Below, piece after piece: positions 16,856 to 26,773 of a stretch of DNA of 32,000 bases. The position numbers and the translations under genes are program-made. The notes beneath the pieces are model-generated. The model was not told where the DNA came from, did not search any database, and saw only the letters and a program-made list of their open reading frames with translations. This DNA comes from Candidatus Brocadia sp. (GTDB lineage: Bacteria; Planctomycetota; Brocadiia; Brocadiales; Brocadiaceae). The stretch spans positions 3,480,001 through 3,512,000 of the forward strand of contig CP091279.1 in the NCBI GenBank assembly GCA_021650915.1, written 5' to 3'. Positions within the stretch are counted from its first letter, which is position 1. Every line of letters begins with the position of its first letter.

Positions 16856-18880
16856 CTATATCTTTAATGCCACGTTAAAACCTTCATGGATAGCCTCAAG
16901 GGCGGTGCGCACCTTAACGCAGTCGCCAATGAAATAGGTCTCCGGGAATTTGCCTTCTATCTGTTTCTGCAGTTCATTATTGGGGCTGTATCCCACCGCA
17001 ATGATAACCGTATCGGCCTTGATAAAATGGCGCTGCCCGTCCTTTTCGTAGATCACACCGGCGTCTGTGTGTCCATTTTTACCCGGTTTGTTTACCAGTT
17101 CTCTTACCTTCACCTCCGTTATCTCCCGTATCCCGGCATCTTTTATCTCATTCAGAATGATCCAGCGCGTGGAAATACCGAATCCGCCGCCAATCTTTCG
17201 CTTCATTTCAAGAATGGTAATCTTCCGGTTTCCCTTTGCGGTGTATTCAATCACATCGCGGGCGTCAAGCACCCGGTGTTTCAGAAGAAAGCAGGCCACA
17301 TCCGGCCTCATAGCCCCTTGTTTTGCCACGTACAGGGCCACTTCACACCCAACGGTACCGCCGCCAATAATGACGACCTCTTTCCCCACCGGCACCTTGC
17401 CTTCCAGGACGTCGCTGGCAACGCACACATTTCCCGCTGATATTCCGGGAAGATTGAGCATGATCGGATTCCCGCCCGTGGCAACAATGACCGCATCGGG
17501 TCGTTCTTCCTGCAACGTCCGGGAATCTGCCTCCTTTTCCATTTTTATCTGTACCCTGAGCTTTGTAATCTGCCTTTCCAGATAGGTAATAATGTTTTGA
17601 ATCTCTTCGCGACCGGGAGGAACGAACGCATATCGCAACTGCCCTCCCAGGTGATGGCTTCTCTCGTACAGAGTAACCTTATGTCCCCGCAATGCCAGGA
17701 CGCGCGCGGCCTCCATACCGCCCGGCCCTCCGCCCACAACCACAACCTTTTTCGGCTTGTTCGTCATGACGATCTTATACTCATCCTCATGCCCTGCCAG
17801 GGCGTTATAGGTGCAGGAAACGGGTTTAAAGTTGAGCAAGGAATCAAAGCATCCCTGATTACAGGCAATGCAGGTCCGGATATCCTCAAGGCGTCTGCTC
17901 TTATATTTCTCCGGTAATTCCGGGTCCACGATAAGCGGCCTGCCAACCGACACCATGTCTGCCTGTTCATTCCCGATAATCTCTTCGGCCAGTTTGAGGT
18001 CATTTATCCTCACCGAGGCAATCACGGGAACCTTCACCTGCGATTTGATCTTCTCTGACAGAAATACATAAGCCATCCGGGGGATGGCCATCAGCATAAT
18101 GGGGGTCTTGCTCTCGTGCCAGCCAGGGGATACATTAAATGCATCGGCGCCCGCCTGTTCCAATATTTTAGCGATTTCCAGACTTTCCTGTATCCTGAGT
18201 CCTTCCGCAACAAAATCATCCCCCGACATACGGAAGATGACCGGGTAATCCCTCCCGACCGTTTCTTTTACCGCAAGGATCATTTCCCGTGCAAAGCGCA
18301 CCCGATTTTCCAGGCTTCCGCCGTAGGCATCGTCGCGTTTATTCGTAGCCTCCGAGAGAAACTGGTTGATAAGATATCCCATCCCCCCGTGAAGCTCCAC
18401 GGCATCGAAGCCTGCTTTTTTCACCCTCACCGTGGCACTAACATAATTATCGATAACCGTTTTGATCTCCGAAACCGTCAGGACGTGAGGTTCCTGCTTA
18501 ATGCTTCTATGGGTGAGCGGAGACGGCGAAACAGGCTGCATCTTGGTGAAAAAGGATGAGGCGCTTCGGCCACCATGCAGGATTTGTGCTGCGACACGAA
18601 CATCGTATTCGTGAATGGCATCAGTCAGTCTTTTCAGCCCCGGAATAAATTCGTCCTTGTCTAACCCGATAATACTCTTCCAGACCTTGCCATTCGCTTC
18701 CGGATAACAGCCGCCGACGACAATGATTCCTACCCCACCCTTTGCCCGTTCACGATAAAAATTGATAATCCGGTCGTTAATGCTGCCATCTGAGGTAAAC
18801 CCAAGGTCCATGGCGGACATCATAACCCGGTTTTTTACGGTAACCTGGCCGATCTGTATCGTATCGAATAATGTGCTCAT
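16856..18880 (-). CDS. NADH:flavin oxidoreductase / 2,4-dienoyl-CoA reductase-like (OYE barrel + FAD/NAD(P) domain)
   Basis: The N-terminal region is OYE-like (ELHGGMGYLINQFLS). A CIACNQGC Fe-S Cys motif is present. VVVVGGGPGGMEAA is a dinucleotide fold. Length is 674 aa. Confidence 0.85.
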   Translation of the reverse strand: MSTLFDTIQIGQVTVKNRVMMSAMDLGFTSDGSINDRIINFYRERAKGGVGIIVVGGCYPEANGKVWKSIIGLDKDEFIPGLKRLTDAIHEYDVRVAAQILHGGRSASSFFTKMQPVSPSPLTHRSIKQEPHVLTVSEIKTVIDNYVSATVRVKKAGFDAVELHGGMGYLINQFLSEATNKRDDAYGGSLENRVRFAREMILAVKETVGRDYPVIFRMSGDDFVAEGLRIQESLEIAKILEQAGADAFNVSPGWHESKTPIMLMAIPRMAYVFLSEKIKSQVKVPVIASVRINDLKLAEEIIGNEQADMVSVGRPLIVDPELPEKYKSRRLEDIRTCIACNQGCFDSLLNFKPVSCTYNALAGHEDEYKIVMTNKPKKVVVVGGGPGGMEAARVLALRGHKVTLYERSHHLGGQLRYAFVPPGREEIQNIITYLERQITKLRVQIKMEKEADSRTLQEERPDAVIVATGGNPIMLNLPGISAGNVCVASDVLEGKVPVGKEVVIIGGGTVGCEVALYVAKQGAMRPDVACFLLKHRVLDARDVIEYTAKGNRKITILEMKRKIGGGFGISTRWIILNEIKDAGIREITEVKVRELVNKPGKNGHTDAGVIYEKDGQRHFIKADTVIIAVGYSPNNELQKQIEGKFPETYFIGDCVKVRTALEAIHEGFNVALKI

Positions 18881-19351
18881 AATTCATTCATGAAAATTAA
18901 ACGTATGTGGGGTATTTGTGAAGTGGCCTGTTAATCGCAGGAGCGGTAAAAATCCATCATCTCATAAAAAGTAAGGGAATACCTGAAAATTGCCTGAAGC
19001 AACGTATCTTATCCTTTTTGTAGTCAGAGAGAGGCACCCGCTTGATGTATAAGGAATTCCAATCTTTTATGATTCCCGCCTCTTTTTCAAGGGGGGTTTG
19101 AAAGCCACAACCGAAGGCAGCCTGATTCAATCTCCAGGAGTTTCGAACTCGTAATTTCCCTTCCGGGAAGAGGAAACACGCCCCTGTGTCCCCCCCCACG
19201 AGAGGGAATTTTGCGGTGTATAAGTGATCGGAACACACCCACCCTGCCCCCTTTTAGAGAGGAGATGAAAAGTCGCCAAAGACCTAATTAACGGTAAACA
19301 CAGGGTATGCCGGGATTATACGGTTCACGCCGATATTTGTCAAGTTTAACC

Positions 19352-19507
19352 TTATGCAAACGCTATTTCATATTCCTGAACCACATGCGTGTTTCTGATT
19401 TTCAATAAGCTCCATACCGTCTCACCCTGCATCTTCACGGAGTCTATTGCCCGCTTTACCGCTTCCACGCTATCGGTTGAAATCCTTGGTATAATATTAC
19501 CTGTCAT
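19352..19507 (-). CDS. possible 51-aa small protein
   Basis: My own translation gives MTGNIIPRISTDSVEAVKRAIDSVKMQGETVWSLLKIRNTHVVQEYEIAFA. An AAGGAG lies 10 nt upstream of the ATG. It falls below the ORF-track size cutoff. No homology was recognised. Confidence 0.3.
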   Translation of the reverse strand: MTGNIIPRISTDSVEAVKRAIDSVKMQGETVWSLLKIRNTHVVQEYEIAFA

Positions 19508-19661
19508 ACGTTGTTCGCTCCTTATCTTGACAAAAGGTTATACAGGTAGTACAACTGTGTAAAAGCGCCAGCTTATGGTGTTTTTGCTTATAAACCGTCT
19601 GATGCATTATTGGAAAACCTGAATTATTTGAGATTTCGATTATGAAATTAAATCCAGAACA

Positions 19662-20969
19662 ATGACCATCAACACAGAACACATCAAGGCCTTTGTCAGG
19701 AAATACTACCATTACCTCGGCATTAACAAACAACAGGAAATATCCAGACTCTTATTCGAGATTGCCAAACGTGAACGTATCGATTATACAAAGGTAACCG
19801 AGAGCTTGCCAAAACCACCGACTCGATTCTCCAAAATCAAAGATTACCTCCTCGAACGACGCTATCCATCTCTCGCTGTGGCAGGTCAAGGAATCAGGCC
19901 TGCTCTTTTCGATGTCGCAATCGATCCGAAACTGAAGATGGATGTTGCTTTGAAACCGCAGATTCAACCCAAAAACCTGTTCATTGAAGATTCCGTTTTC
20001 CACACGGAGATGGCAAACAGGGTGCGGACTCACTTTCCGGAAAGCACAGTTGAACGAATAAAGACTTACAAAGAACACGTTGGAAAGCGCCGGTTCGGTA
20101 TCGAGGATTACAACCGAAGATTGGAAAACTTTTATCTCGTGCGCGAGGACTACGATTTTTTTAAAAAATGTCCCTGTTCAAGTAAATCGGTGTTCTGCGG
20201 TTATTTTGTCGTCAATCTGGGCAGTGGGTGTCCCTATGAATGCTCCTATTGCGTCCTGCAGGATTATATCAATTCCCCCGGCATTATCTTGCCCGCCAAT
20301 ATCGAGGATTTTTTTGCAGCCTTCAGGAATCTTGGACGAAATATCCGCTGCGGTTCTTGTGAGCTAACCGATTCCCTTGCGTTCGATCATATCACAGGAT
20401 ACTCACCACAGATCGTTGCCTTTTTTCGCTCCTATCCGAAAACGATGTACGAGTTGAAAACCAAGAGTGACAATGTTGGGCTTTTAACGTCTGTTCCTGG
20501 GGCAAGAAACGTCATCGTCTCCTGGTCGTTGAACCCTCAGAAAATCGTGGAAGCCGTTGAGCACTTTACCGCCCCGTTAGCGCAGAGACTCGCGGCAGCG
20601 CAACGATGCGTTGCCAGCGGTTACCGGGTGGCCTTCCACTTTGACCCAGTTATCTATTATCAGGGGTGGGAGGCTGATTACGAGGCATTGGTCGATATGA
20701 CCTTTCAAGCAGTTGACGCAGAGAATGTCGCCTGGATAAGCCTGGGCGCCCTCCGTATGACACCGCGCCTGAAGAAGATTATAGAAAACCGTTTCCCGGA
20801 CAATACCCTGCTCGATGAAGAATTTTTCGTAGGGCACGACGGCAAGCTTCGCTACCCAAAAGACGTGCGGATTTTTCTCTATAAAAAAATGACGTCCTGG
20901 ATTCGAAGGCATGGTAAAGACGTCCCGGTTTATTTGTGCATGGAAGAAAAATCGATGCGCCTAGAATAA
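19662..20969 (+). CDS. spore-photoproduct-lyase-like radical SAM protein
   Basis: The CPYECSYC radical-SAM CxxxCxxC cluster sits in an SPL-like context (GSGCPYECSYCVLQDY). The N-terminal ~150 aa are extra. Confidence 0.78.
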   Translation: MTINTEHIKAFVRKYYHYLGINKQQEISRLLFEIAKRERIDYTKVTESLPKPPTRFSKIKDYLLERRYPSLAVAGQGIRPALFDVAIDPKLKMDVALKPQIQPKNLFIEDSVFHTEMANRVRTHFPESTVERIKTYKEHVGKRRFGIEDYNRRLENFYLVREDYDFFKKCPCSSKSVFCGYFVVNLGSGCPYECSYCVLQDYINSPGIILPANIEDFFAAFRNLGRNIRCGSCELTDSLAFDHITGYSPQIVAFFRSYPKTMYELKTKSDNVGLLTSVPGARNVIVSWSLNPQKIVEAVEHFTAPLAQRLAAAQRCVASGYRVAFHFDPVIYYQGWEADYEALVDMTFQAVDAENVAWISLGALRMTPRLKKIIENRFPDNTLLDEEFFVGHDGKLRYPKDVRIFLYKKMTSWIRRHGKDVPVYLCMEEKSMRLE

Positions 20970-21033
20970 TTGAATTACGTTGCCTTCGATGATGATTTTG
21001 AAATTCCCTTGATTAACGGGGAGTTCCTTCGCT

Positions 21034-21057
21034 GGTTCAATCGTCTTCGGTTGAACC
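21034..21057 (+). repeat. REP-like hairpin, copy 2
   Basis: GGTTCAATCG-tctt-CGGTTGAACC forms a 10-bp stem with one G.U pair, 65 nt past the radical-SAM stop. The flanks (cgct / raaac) also match copy 1 in inverted orientation. Confidence 0.5.
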
Positions 21058-21332
21058 GAAACTTTAGAGATCTACAAGTCTGTCACCTGCCAGGGAAAAA
21101 AGAGGCACCCTATGACCGTCATCCGTCATCCGTCATCTTTCAGCATTCATTATTCCTTGCTCGATATTGGAATCCTTATAAATCGTGGGGACACGGAGCA
21201 CCGTGTCTCTACGACCCTTTGCTGTGAACGCTCAGTCGAACGATTAAAATGCCATTTTTTGCAACAAAATCCATCAACATTATGCGGGGAAACCTTAGAT
21301 TCGTTTTGCCTTAACCAATCATCCCTGTCTTT

Positions 21333-24110
21333 TTACTCCCACAATCTGAAGATAATCTTGTTGATTACCTCGTGAAGCCATGAGGGTGGACGATTGGGAT
21401 ATTTGAAAAAGATTTCCCGCGCATTGGCGAACAGCGGGCGGAGTTCGTTCATAAGGGCAGACTCTGTTGGTCTGGGCGGGAAAGCGGGATCCATTTCGCT
21501 CATGATATAGTAAAGGGGATACCCGAAGGTGTAGTGTCTGTCAATCATATGCGCGCCAGAACTGCCAATCCTTAGGGTATTGGACCAGAATTTATATAGC
21601 CGGTCGTTCCCTATTACTCGTATCCGCGGTTTTCCGAAGACCTTTATCGCTTCCTGCATGTATCGGGACAGCAGGGGATCCAGGCCCATCTTGGCGGCGC
21701 CTACCCAGTCAACCGCCACGATATCTTCGCCGGCAATGATGGTCTGCGTAAGTTGTGGATAAGGGTCTGCAAAGATGCCAAAAGGCCCGTCGGCGCTCAC
21801 CACGGCATCGATGAAACCGAAATGGATCGGAAATGCCCTTATATAATCGATGGTAGGTTCGTAGATATCCCCCATATCGCAGTGATAGACCTTGTATTTG
21901 AATTCCATAGGCAGCGCGCCGTATATGTTCTTGAGGGTAAGGGTATAATAGGCATAATTGTGCGTCTTATTCTTGGCAAAGGAGATCCGGAAATCGGCTG
22001 ATTTCCATTCCTTATTCACATAATGCTTGCCGAGTTTGCCGCCGTAATCCCAGTCCTCAAGGTTATCTGAGAGGTCAATAACCTGGTATTTGCCTCCGTC
22101 CTGATAGCCAATATGTTTTGCCACAGCCGTAACATCACGATTGCTGAAAAAGTTACTCAGGGTGCTTCTGGCCTCAGCTATCCTGATCTTCCGGAACCCC
22201 TTTTCGTATATCCTTTCTGCCAGATGCTCCACGAGGGCAGGATCCGTAAAGGTGGACTTGTCCGCCAGGGAATAGAAGAACATGAAATTGGGTTTGATGA
22301 TGATGGAGAAGTCTTCCCTGCTTTTCCCTGACCGGGCAAGGGCATTCTCCAGAGTCTGGAAAAAGCCTGATTCTTCCATTGCCTTGTCCAGGACTTTAAA
22401 TTTTTCCGGACTTTGGTAAATGTCCAGCACTTTTTCTTTGCTTGCGGGCTTACCGTCCCATGCATCCGCGTCTTTATAGGTAGAAACAGCCACGACGGTT
22501 TCTTTATCAGAATTTATGGGGGCGGTGTTTATTGCATCAATATATTCTTCCAGGCCATAAAAGGTTTTTCCATTATTCTCAATCTGCACAATCCTCCTGA
22601 GGAGCACGCCGGAGGGGTAATGATCATTCACCAGGGTGAGAATCTTATTATTTACTACTTTTGGCTCAGCCGGATTTTCAGCGATAGAGTCCTTCAGGAT
22701 GAGGTTTTTCCTGATATTCCTCTGGATTACCTTGCCCAGCGCCTTATCAATCAGGTCCTTAAAGTACCATTCTCTTTCATTTCTCAGGGTGCCTGAGTTC
22801 ATCTTGAGAAAGAGGGACTGCCCGGCAGGGTCAATTCCACAAAGGTAATTATAATAGAGGGTCGGTTCCTTGAGATTATTGATTTCACCCAACTCTCCCT
22901 CACCGAAGGTGCTTTCTGGGTCAAGAGAGTACGTGGTCGTTCCCTGCGCATCGGTAATGCTGATCGTTCCGCTTTTTACCTTTACCTTGTGGGGAATGGT
23001 AAAATACCCAAGGAGTGGAAAAAAGGTCAGGTATTTTCGTACTTCCTGTTCAAAAGTATCCGGGATTAAACCTGTTATTTGTTCCACAGGTTTAAAGGAC
23101 ATGTCTACCTTGGTGTCGTATTTTTGCGCCTTCAGGGTCAGCGCTATCTGAACCTGAACCTTATCGATATTACCACCTTCCTGATAATCTTTTATTTCGG
23201 AAAATGAAACGGAGTGGCCATTGCGAATACGATATAATTCGCCTTTGTAACGGTAGCGACTGCCATCCAGCTTGACCGATAAGCCCTTTAGTGACTGTCT
23301 GGTAATGCCAAAGCGGAGCGGTTCTTCCTGGCCATTTGATATAAGCAGGGCGACATCGCTCATGGTCTCTTCATCCCCCCAGGGGAAACCCCTGTCATGC
23401 TCACCCGAGAAAAAGAAAAATGCCCTTGACGTATCTTCTCCTTCTTTTTTAAGATTTCCGGAAAGGACTAAATTTTCATACCGTGTTGTGTACAGGAACC
23501 TGGGCCCCGGGGCAAACGTCTTCAGCGTCTCCGCCATAAAGAAACCGGCGTACTTGGCAATGGTAGCATACTTTTCCAGCGGGTTGCTCGCCCCCGTGAC
23601 CTCGCTCGTCTGTATCATTTTCTTAAGGGAGGCCATGTCTTTGATCCTGAAATACATGACGCCACTGCCATGCAGCCTTCCCGACTCGTCTTTTCCCTCG
23701 TAGATCCTCACAAACAGGGTCGTCAGATCATCAAGAATGTCGAATGCCTTGTCATTAAAAATGTCTTTAAACCCGGCAAAATAATACTCCTTGCCATCAG
23801 GACCGGTAAAGGTAAAACGGTAACGCATGTTCCTGTGGCCGGTTTCCTGGTTAACGTCAAAGAGATTGAACCTGCCGCCTCTCATCGTCATTCCTTTGTC
23901 GCCCCCTATCGAGGCGCAGTAAAACTTTCCGGCAATCTTGGCTTCGTGGGAAGAAACCTGAATGAAGTCATCAACAGAATCTATCGTTATTTGAACGTCA
24001 AATTTAATCGGATTGTTGTGCCGTATGCCATAGTCCTCCCCATCCCGGAAGTTCCTGATATTTTCACCAAGGTAACCGTCCATGTCTTCTTTAAAGCGTA
24101 TGCCAGGCAT
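21333..24110 (-). CDS. large uncharacterised protein with C-terminal DUF362-like domain
   Basis: The C-terminal third follows the DUF362 pattern: IIKPNF..., TDPALVEHL, KNKTHNYAYYTLTLKNIYG, IDAVVSADGPFG, EDIVAVDWVGAAKMGLDP. The N-terminal ~600 aa are unassigned. A GGGAGGGGG RBS favours the MPGIRF start at 24110. The track ORF begins at 24125. Confidence 0.75.
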   Translation of the reverse strand: MPGIRFKEDMDGYLGENIRNFRDGEDYGIRHNNPIKFDVQITIDSVDDFIQVSSHEAKIAGKFYCASIGGDKGMTMRGGRFNLFDVNQETGHRNMRYRFTFTGPDGKEYYFAGFKDIFNDKAFDILDDLTTLFVRIYEGKDESGRLHGSGVMYFRIKDMASLKKMIQTSEVTGASNPLEKYATIAKYAGFFMAETLKTFAPGPRFLYTTRYENLVLSGNLKKEGEDTSRAFFFFSGEHDRGFPWGDEETMSDVALLISNGQEEPLRFGITRQSLKGLSVKLDGSRYRYKGELYRIRNGHSVSFSEIKDYQEGGNIDKVQVQIALTLKAQKYDTKVDMSFKPVEQITGLIPDTFEQEVRKYLTFFPLLGYFTIPHKVKVKSGTISITDAQGTTTYSLDPESTFGEGELGEINNLKEPTLYYNYLCGIDPAGQSLFLKMNSGTLRNEREWYFKDLIDKALGKVIQRNIRKNLILKDSIAENPAEPKVVNNKILTLVNDHYPSGVLLRRIVQIENNGKTFYGLEEYIDAINTAPINSDKETVVAVSTYKDADAWDGKPASKEKVLDIYQSPEKFKVLDKAMEESGFFQTLENALARSGKSREDFSIIIKPNFMFFYSLADKSTFTDPALVEHLAERIYEKGFRKIRIAEARSTLSNFFSNRDVTAVAKHIGYQDGGKYQVIDLSDNLEDWDYGGKLGKHYVNKEWKSADFRISFAKNKTHNYAYYTLTLKNIYGALPMEFKYKVYHCDMGDIYEPTIDYIRAFPIHFGFIDAVVSADGPFGIFADPYPQLTQTIIAGEDIVAVDWVGAAKMGLDPLLSRYMQEAIKVFGKPRIRVIGNDRLYKFWSNTLRIGSSGAHMIDRHYTFGYPLYYIMSEMDPAFPPRPTESALMNELRPLFANAREIFFKYPNRPPSWLHEVINKIIFRLWE

Positions 24111-25071
24111 TTTTCCCCCTCCCATAAATAGATTTAAATGAAAGATTACGGTGCATGCACTTTACCGTGGAATGCTCTTGAATTTTTGTAAATATAGTAA
24201 ATGCAAAAGGAAAGTTGTCCATTACGAGGGCGTTAGCCCGAAGCAATCGTTCGACTGAGCCCACAACGAAGTCTATTTCCCACGTCTCTCCCAATGGTGG
24301 ATGCGCTTCGCTTCATCCACCCTTATCAACTACCAGGTTTAAAAACCTTATACAAGGATTCACGGCGAAGTCTAAAGGGGGATTTTTGTATTTTCCTTTC
24401 CAAAGGAGGGATATTGCCTGTCCCCCTACAAAGGGGATTTTCTTTAGCACCTCCTGTCAAAAGGGACTTTACTTGCGTCCCTTACCAAAGCTTATCGTGC
24501 CCACATTTTTGCCGAACACAACAAAAAACGTATGCTATATTACCCTGCATGAGGGTATGCGGTCAAGACTTTACCGAAGGACTCATAGGGAGGATATAAA
24601 GGGCACTATCGGAGCAGCCAGATATTTCGCGGGCAAGACGGTCTGTAATGGTGCGTCAGCGGCTTGATTGGCGAGGTGACAATGTCGCTTTAACGACGGT
24701 GAGTTGCCGGGTACCGTTTTGAAGTTGCACCGTAGGGGTCTCATGAAGTTTTGGGTGGATTAAGGCGCTGTCTTTTGCGCCGAACCGTCCGACTGAGCGT
24801 TCGTCCGAGCTCACACCGAAGGCTCACGACGAAGTCTCAGAAAGACTGCGTCGCGGTTTGTCTGCGTTATCGTTTTCCCGTGTAAAATCTTCATTTATTT
24901 TCAATTTTTTTTCATCCTGGCCGTCTTAAGATTCTTCAGGATAAAGGATCACATGATTCAAAACACCTTATTGGGAATTGTTATTCCCCCTTCCGTTTCA
25001 TCCGCCCCCATTCTTTTTTCTGGTTCAATACCAGCCTCCTGATGTATTGTTAGCTTCCCGCTTCCCCATTT

Positions 25072-25176
25072 TGCATTATAGTATTACTGTATAAAAACTT
25101 CTTTTTTTGTAAGTTTTTTCACAAACCCCGTTCAAGAGGTACCGTTTTTTATGAGTGAAAGATTGCTTCGCTTCAC
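25072..25176. repeat. left half of the second copy of the ~220-bp repeat (split by an IS)
   Basis: It aligns with 6585-6690 and ends ...GATTGCTTCGCTTCAC at the IS junction. Confidence 0.75.
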
Positions 25177-25441
25177 GTAACTATTCAGCGAAAATATTTT
25201 AGAATTTAGTTGACAGTCAACATGAGAAAAGGGGGCCGTAGAATTGGTTGGTAGAATAAATGGCTGTGGAGGATGCCACTGTAGCCCATCGGAGGTTTTT
25301 GCAAAGAGAGGTGTGGGGTATGTTCGGCCAGAGAATTACAGAGTTTTGTAGGGCGGTAGAGGGTGAAAAAAATGGGTGAAAAAGCCTGTGGTATAATAGC
25401 CGCAGGAGATGATTTCAGGCTATTAATACCGGTGCCATCCA

Positions 25442-26773
25442 TTGACGATAGAGAATATAGATATAGATGCAACGCTGCGGAAAGTAGAAAAGCTGCTTTC
25501 AGAGGAAAAAGGTCTGTCACCTGCCATAAGGTCAATGATAGAGTTGTTGGTGTTAGTGATAACGCTGCTGGTAGGACGTCTGAACCGGAACAGTCGCAAC
25601 AGTAGTAAGCCGCCCGCAAGCGATCCGAATCGCACGAGAAAGAGCAGGGCGAAAGGAGAGAGGAAGGCAGGTGGGCAAGAGGGTCATGATGGAGTAACGC
25701 TGAAAAAGGTAGCCAATCCTGATAAGGTGGAAGTAATAAAAGTAGACCGGAGGAAGTATCCGAGCGGCAAATACAGGTTGATCGGTTATGAGTCGCGTCA
25801 GGTGTTTGATATGAAGATTTCAAGGGTGGTAACGGAGTATCGGGCAGAGATAGTTGAGGATGCGGAGGGAAGTAGGTTTGTAGCGTCATTTCCGGAAGGG
25901 GTGACAAAGGCAGTGCAGTATGGGCCGGATTTGAAAGCGCACGCAGTATATATGTCACAGTATCAATTGATACCCTATAAGAGGATCCAGGAGTATTTTG
26001 AGGAGCAGATGGGGATACCGCTGAGCGAAGGCTCTCTTTACAACTTTAACAAGGATGCCTACGAATCTCTGGAAGCCTTCGAGGGGAAAACCAAGGAAGA
26101 ACTTGTCAAATCAGAGGTATTGCAGGCAGATGAAACGAGCATCAACAAGAACGGAGACAGGTATTGGCTGCATAGTGCATCCAATAGTTTGTGGACACAC
26201 TTTTTCCCTCACGAAAGACGTGGGACGGAAGCGATGGATAGTATCGGGATACTGCCCCAGTTTCGGGGGATTCTTTGTCACGACCATTTGAAGGCGTATT
26301 ACACCTACACCCGCTGTACACATGCGCTCTGTAATGCACACCACCTGAGGGAATTGGAGGGGGTGTGGGAAGAGGATAAGAAGCAACCGTGGGCGAAAGA
26401 GATGAAAGCCCTGCTCGAAGAGATAAACCGTGCGGTAAAGGATGCGGGGGGTTTGTTGGAAAACGGCGAGTCTGAGAAATACCGGCAAAGGTACCGGGGG
26501 ATATTACAAAACGCAGAAGCTGAAAGCCCGCCCCCTGATGAAACGAACCGTAAGGGGGAAAGAGGGCGGGTAAAAAGGACAAAAGCACGGAATCTCCTGG
26601 AACGATTACGGGAGTATGAGGGTGATGTGCTCAGATTTATGGACAATAAAAACGTCCCCTTCACGAATAACCTGGCCGAAAACGATATCAGGATGACGAA
26701 GGTTCAGCAGAAGATATCGGGCTGTTTTCGTTCTCTGGACGGAGCGAAGATCTTCTGCCTCATCCGTAGTTAG
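25442..26773 (+). pseudogene. IS66-family transposase, 5' part (C-terminal ~30 codons displaced to 28627-28719)
   Basis: Motifs seen: LQADETSINKNG, CNAHHLRELE and FTNNLAENDIRMTKVQQKISGCFRS. The ORF ends in a TAG created at the nested-IS junction. Confidence 0.85.

Noticed and set aside
21116-21136. Tandem CCGTCAT x3.
   Set aside because: With only three 7-bp units in a convergent intergenic region, it is too short to call a meaningful microsatellite or binding array.
24215-24667. 150-aa and 101-aa plus-strand ORFs in the long intergenic tract.
   Set aside because: They have no RBS, low-complexity composition, and span hairpin and repeat fragments. They are unlikely to be coding.
25206-25958. 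250-aa minus-strand Pro/Ser/Leu-rich ORF. Also 27394..27963 (-), 30091..30603 (+) and 29603..29995 (+).
   Set aside because: Each is antisense to a transposase gene with recognisable motifs and has a biased composition. They are shadow ORFs.
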